Source: an uncultured Spirochaetota bacterium | GTDB lineage: Bacteria; Spirochaetota; Spirochaetia; SZUA-6; CAVTHK01 | Reading direction: 5' to 3' | NCBI GenBank assembly: GCA_963734495.1 | Contig: CAVTHK010000011.1 | Span: forward strand, 384,001-448,000 | DNA length: 64,000 nt | Part shown: positions 61,972 to 64,000 of the stretch, piece by piece | How positions within the stretch are numbered: the first letter of the stretch is position 1 | Layout: each line of letters begins with the position of its first letter | The notes under the pieces: generated by a model | Told to the model about the DNA's origin: nothing | Databases searched by the model: none | What the model saw: the letters and a program-made list of their open reading frames with translations, nothing else | Made by a program: the position numbers and the translations under genes

Positions 61972-63762
61972 ATGTCGCCCGCAATGCCCCGCCCCGAGTA
62001 CCCGCGGCCCCAGTTCGAGCGCGCGGCCTGGCTCTGCCTGAACGGCCCATGGGAGGCGGCGTTCGACGACGCGGGCGCCGGGCTCCCCGATCCGGCGCGG
62101 GCTTCGTTCGACCGCACGATCATCGTGCCGTTCGCCTACCAGTCGCGCCTCTCGGGGATCGGCGACCGCGCGGTTCACCCCGTGGTCTGGTATCGCCGCG
62201 TCTTCTCTCTGCCGGGGGAGTGGAAGGGCTCGCGCCTCCTCCTGCACTTCGGCGCTGCCGACTACCACGCCGACGCGTGGCTGAACGGACGGCACCTCGG
62301 CTCGCACGACGGGGGCTTCACACCGTTCGCCTTCGAGGTGACGCGGTCGGCGCGGCCGGGCGAGAATGTCCTCGTGGTGCGCTGCGAGGACCTGCCGAGC
62401 GACGAGCAGCCGTTCGGAAAGCAGGACCGCGAGAGCCACCAGGCTTACCGCTTTGCCGCGACCACGGGGATCTGGCAGACGGTGTGGCTGGAGCCGGTCG
62501 CCGACGCTTACCTGCAGAGCTGCCGCATCGAGCCGGACCTGCGCGGCCCGGGCTTCCGCCTGACTCCGCAGGTCGACGGCGAGACGCCAGGCTTGCGGCT
62601 CGAGGTGCGGATCCTGTTCCGTGGGCGGGAGACCGGCCGCGCGGAGCTGGACCCGCAGGGCGTGCGCGACCTGGTGCGCCTGACCGAGAGCCACCCGTGG
62701 TCGGACGCGCAGCCGGATCTTTACGACCTCGAGCTGTCTCTCAGGAGAGGCGGCCGGGAGATCGATCGCGTGCGCTCCTACGCCGGGCTGCGCGAGGTGA
62801 GCGTCGAGGGACGCCGCGTGCTGCTGAACGGCGAGCCCGTCTACCAGCGGCAGGTGCTCGACCAGGGCTACTGGCCCGACGGCGTCTACACGGCGGCGAC
62901 CGACGAGGCGCTGCGCGCCGACGTCGAGTGGACGAAGCGCCTGGGCTTCAACGGCGTGCGCAAGCACCAGAAGATCGAGGATCCGCGCTGGCTCTCCTGG
63001 TGCGACCGGCTCGGGCTGCTGGTCTGGCACGAGATGCCGGCCTTCGGCATAGACACTCCGCTCAGCCGGGAGCGCCTCCGCGGCGAGTGGCGCGAAGCGG
63101 TCCGCCGCGACCTCAACCACCCGTCGATCGTCGCGTGGGTCCCCTTTAACGAATCAATGGGCATCCGCGACCTTCCGACGAGCCGGAGCACCCAGGATTT
63201 CGTAGCCGCGGTAGTCGCCGACACCCGGGCGCTCGACCGCACGCGGCCGGTGGTGGACAATTCAGGCTGGGAGCACGTTGACACCGACATCGCGGACAGC
63301 CACCACTACGACCCTGCCGGCTCTATCTTTCTCGAGTCGTGGCGCAGGTTCCACGAAGGATCCGGCCCGGAGCGCGGCACGTTCCTCCGCTCGTGGGACG
63401 GGTCGCACCGGGGCCGCGAGTGGTACGGGCCGCAGTACCCGCGCCGCCTCTTCGTGCCGGGGCGCGAGTACGCGGGCCAGCCGATCGCCATCAGCGAATG
63501 GGGCGGATTCTTTCTCAAGGGAAAGGGCGAAGTCGCCCCGATCCTGAGGAAGCGGCGCGGCGTCGAGGCGGACGCAGAAGCCTTCTTCGCCCGCTACGAG
63601 GACATGATCGTGGCGTTCGACTCGCTGCCTGACCTGGCGGGCGACTGCTGGACGCAGCTCACCGACATCGAGGACGAGCCCAACGGGCTTCTGACCGAAG
63701 ACCGCACGCCCAAGGTCGACGCGGGGCGGATCGCGGCGATCAACCGCCGTCGCTGGAAATGA
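61972..63762 (+). CDS. Glycoside hydrolase family 2 protein
   Basis: PRPEYPRPQF, LHFGA.DY, GIWQTVWLE, LDQGYWPDG, GFN.VRKHQK, NHPSI..W..FNE and SEWGG motifs; GGAGG RBS; upstream TTGCCG-N17-TAGGGT. Confidence 0.92.
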   Translation: MSPAMPRPEYPRPQFERAAWLCLNGPWEAAFDDAGAGLPDPARASFDRTIIVPFAYQSRLSGIGDRAVHPVVWYRRVFSLPGEWKGSRLLLHFGAADYHADAWLNGRHLGSHDGGFTPFAFEVTRSARPGENVLVVRCEDLPSDEQPFGKQDRESHQAYRFAATTGIWQTVWLEPVADAYLQSCRIEPDLRGPGFRLTPQVDGETPGLRLEVRILFRGRETGRAELDPQGVRDLVRLTESHPWSDAQPDLYDLELSLRRGGREIDRVRSYAGLREVSVEGRRVLLNGEPVYQRQVLDQGYWPDGVYTAATDEALRADVEWTKRLGFNGVRKHQKIEDPRWLSWCDRLGLLVWHEMPAFGIDTPLSRERLRGEWREAVRRDLNHPSIVAWVPFNESMGIRDLPTSRSTQDFVAAVVADTRALDRTRPVVDNSGWEHVDTDIADSHHYDPAGSIFLESWRRFHEGSGPERGTFLRSWDGSHRGREWYGPQYPRRLFVPGREYAGQPIAISEWGGFFLKGKGEVAPILRKRRGVEADAEAFFARYEDMIVAFDSLPDLAGDCWTQLTDIEDEPNGLLTEDRTPKVDAGRIAAINRRRWK

Positions 63763-63846
63763 CCGCGCGCCGCGATCTTTCGTGATCCTGAGTCGATCCT
63801 GAGCCGGCCCCGGCGATGAGATATGCTATCGGGAAAGGAGCCGCGG

Positions 63847-64000
63847 ATGAGATTGACGTGGGTGTTCCCGATGCTGCTTGCCGCCTTTCCCCTGTGCGCA
63901 GAGCCGTTCTCGCAGAGCCAGCGGGATCTGGGCCCGGTCGTCATGAGGGAGCTCTCGATCGGGGAGCGAAAGCTCGTCTTCCGGGTGGACTCGGGCGGCT
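63847..64000 (+). CDS. Secreted hypothetical protein (partial; runs off the window end)
   Basis: AAGGAG RBS; open frame MRLTWVFPMLLAAFPLCAEPFSQ...FRVDSGG with a signal-peptide-like start. Confidence 0.6.
   Translation, partial: MRLTWVFPMLLAAFPLCAEPFSQSQRDLGPVVMRELSIGERKLVFRVDSGG

Overview
A GC-rich (about 68-70% by eye) bacterial window, probably from a free-living Spirochaetota (Spirochaetia) genome. That assignment is inferred from the solute-binding-protein N-termini, a spirochaete-type outer-membrane protein and a FlgD-Ig-terminated giant protein. About 46 genes can be supported. Most serve carbohydrate, sugar-acid or small-molecule catabolism: GHL6, GH32, GH42, GH2, a GH8 remnant, uxaC, a LarA-family epimerase, a TctABC transporter, two ABC importers, two Gfo/Idh/MocA oxidoreductases, an enolase-superfamily enzyme, a degenerate creatininase, adenosine deaminase and ribokinase. 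The dominant feature is a ~14.4 kb gene (about 33.6-48.1 kb) for a ~4,700-4,800 aa secreted surface protein. It has three DUF2341+LamG modules, a further LamG domain, 18 tandem 139/140-aa repeats and a FlgD-Ig/T9SS-CTD-like C-terminus. Also notable are an attenuator-like leader upstream of an ABC-F gene and several apparently leaderless genes. About 20 single-base frameshifts are scattered through otherwise intact genes; these are most likely long-read assembly errors rather than pseudogenes. No rRNA, tRNA, CRISPR array or transposase was seen. All family calls come from motif recognition only; no searches were run.
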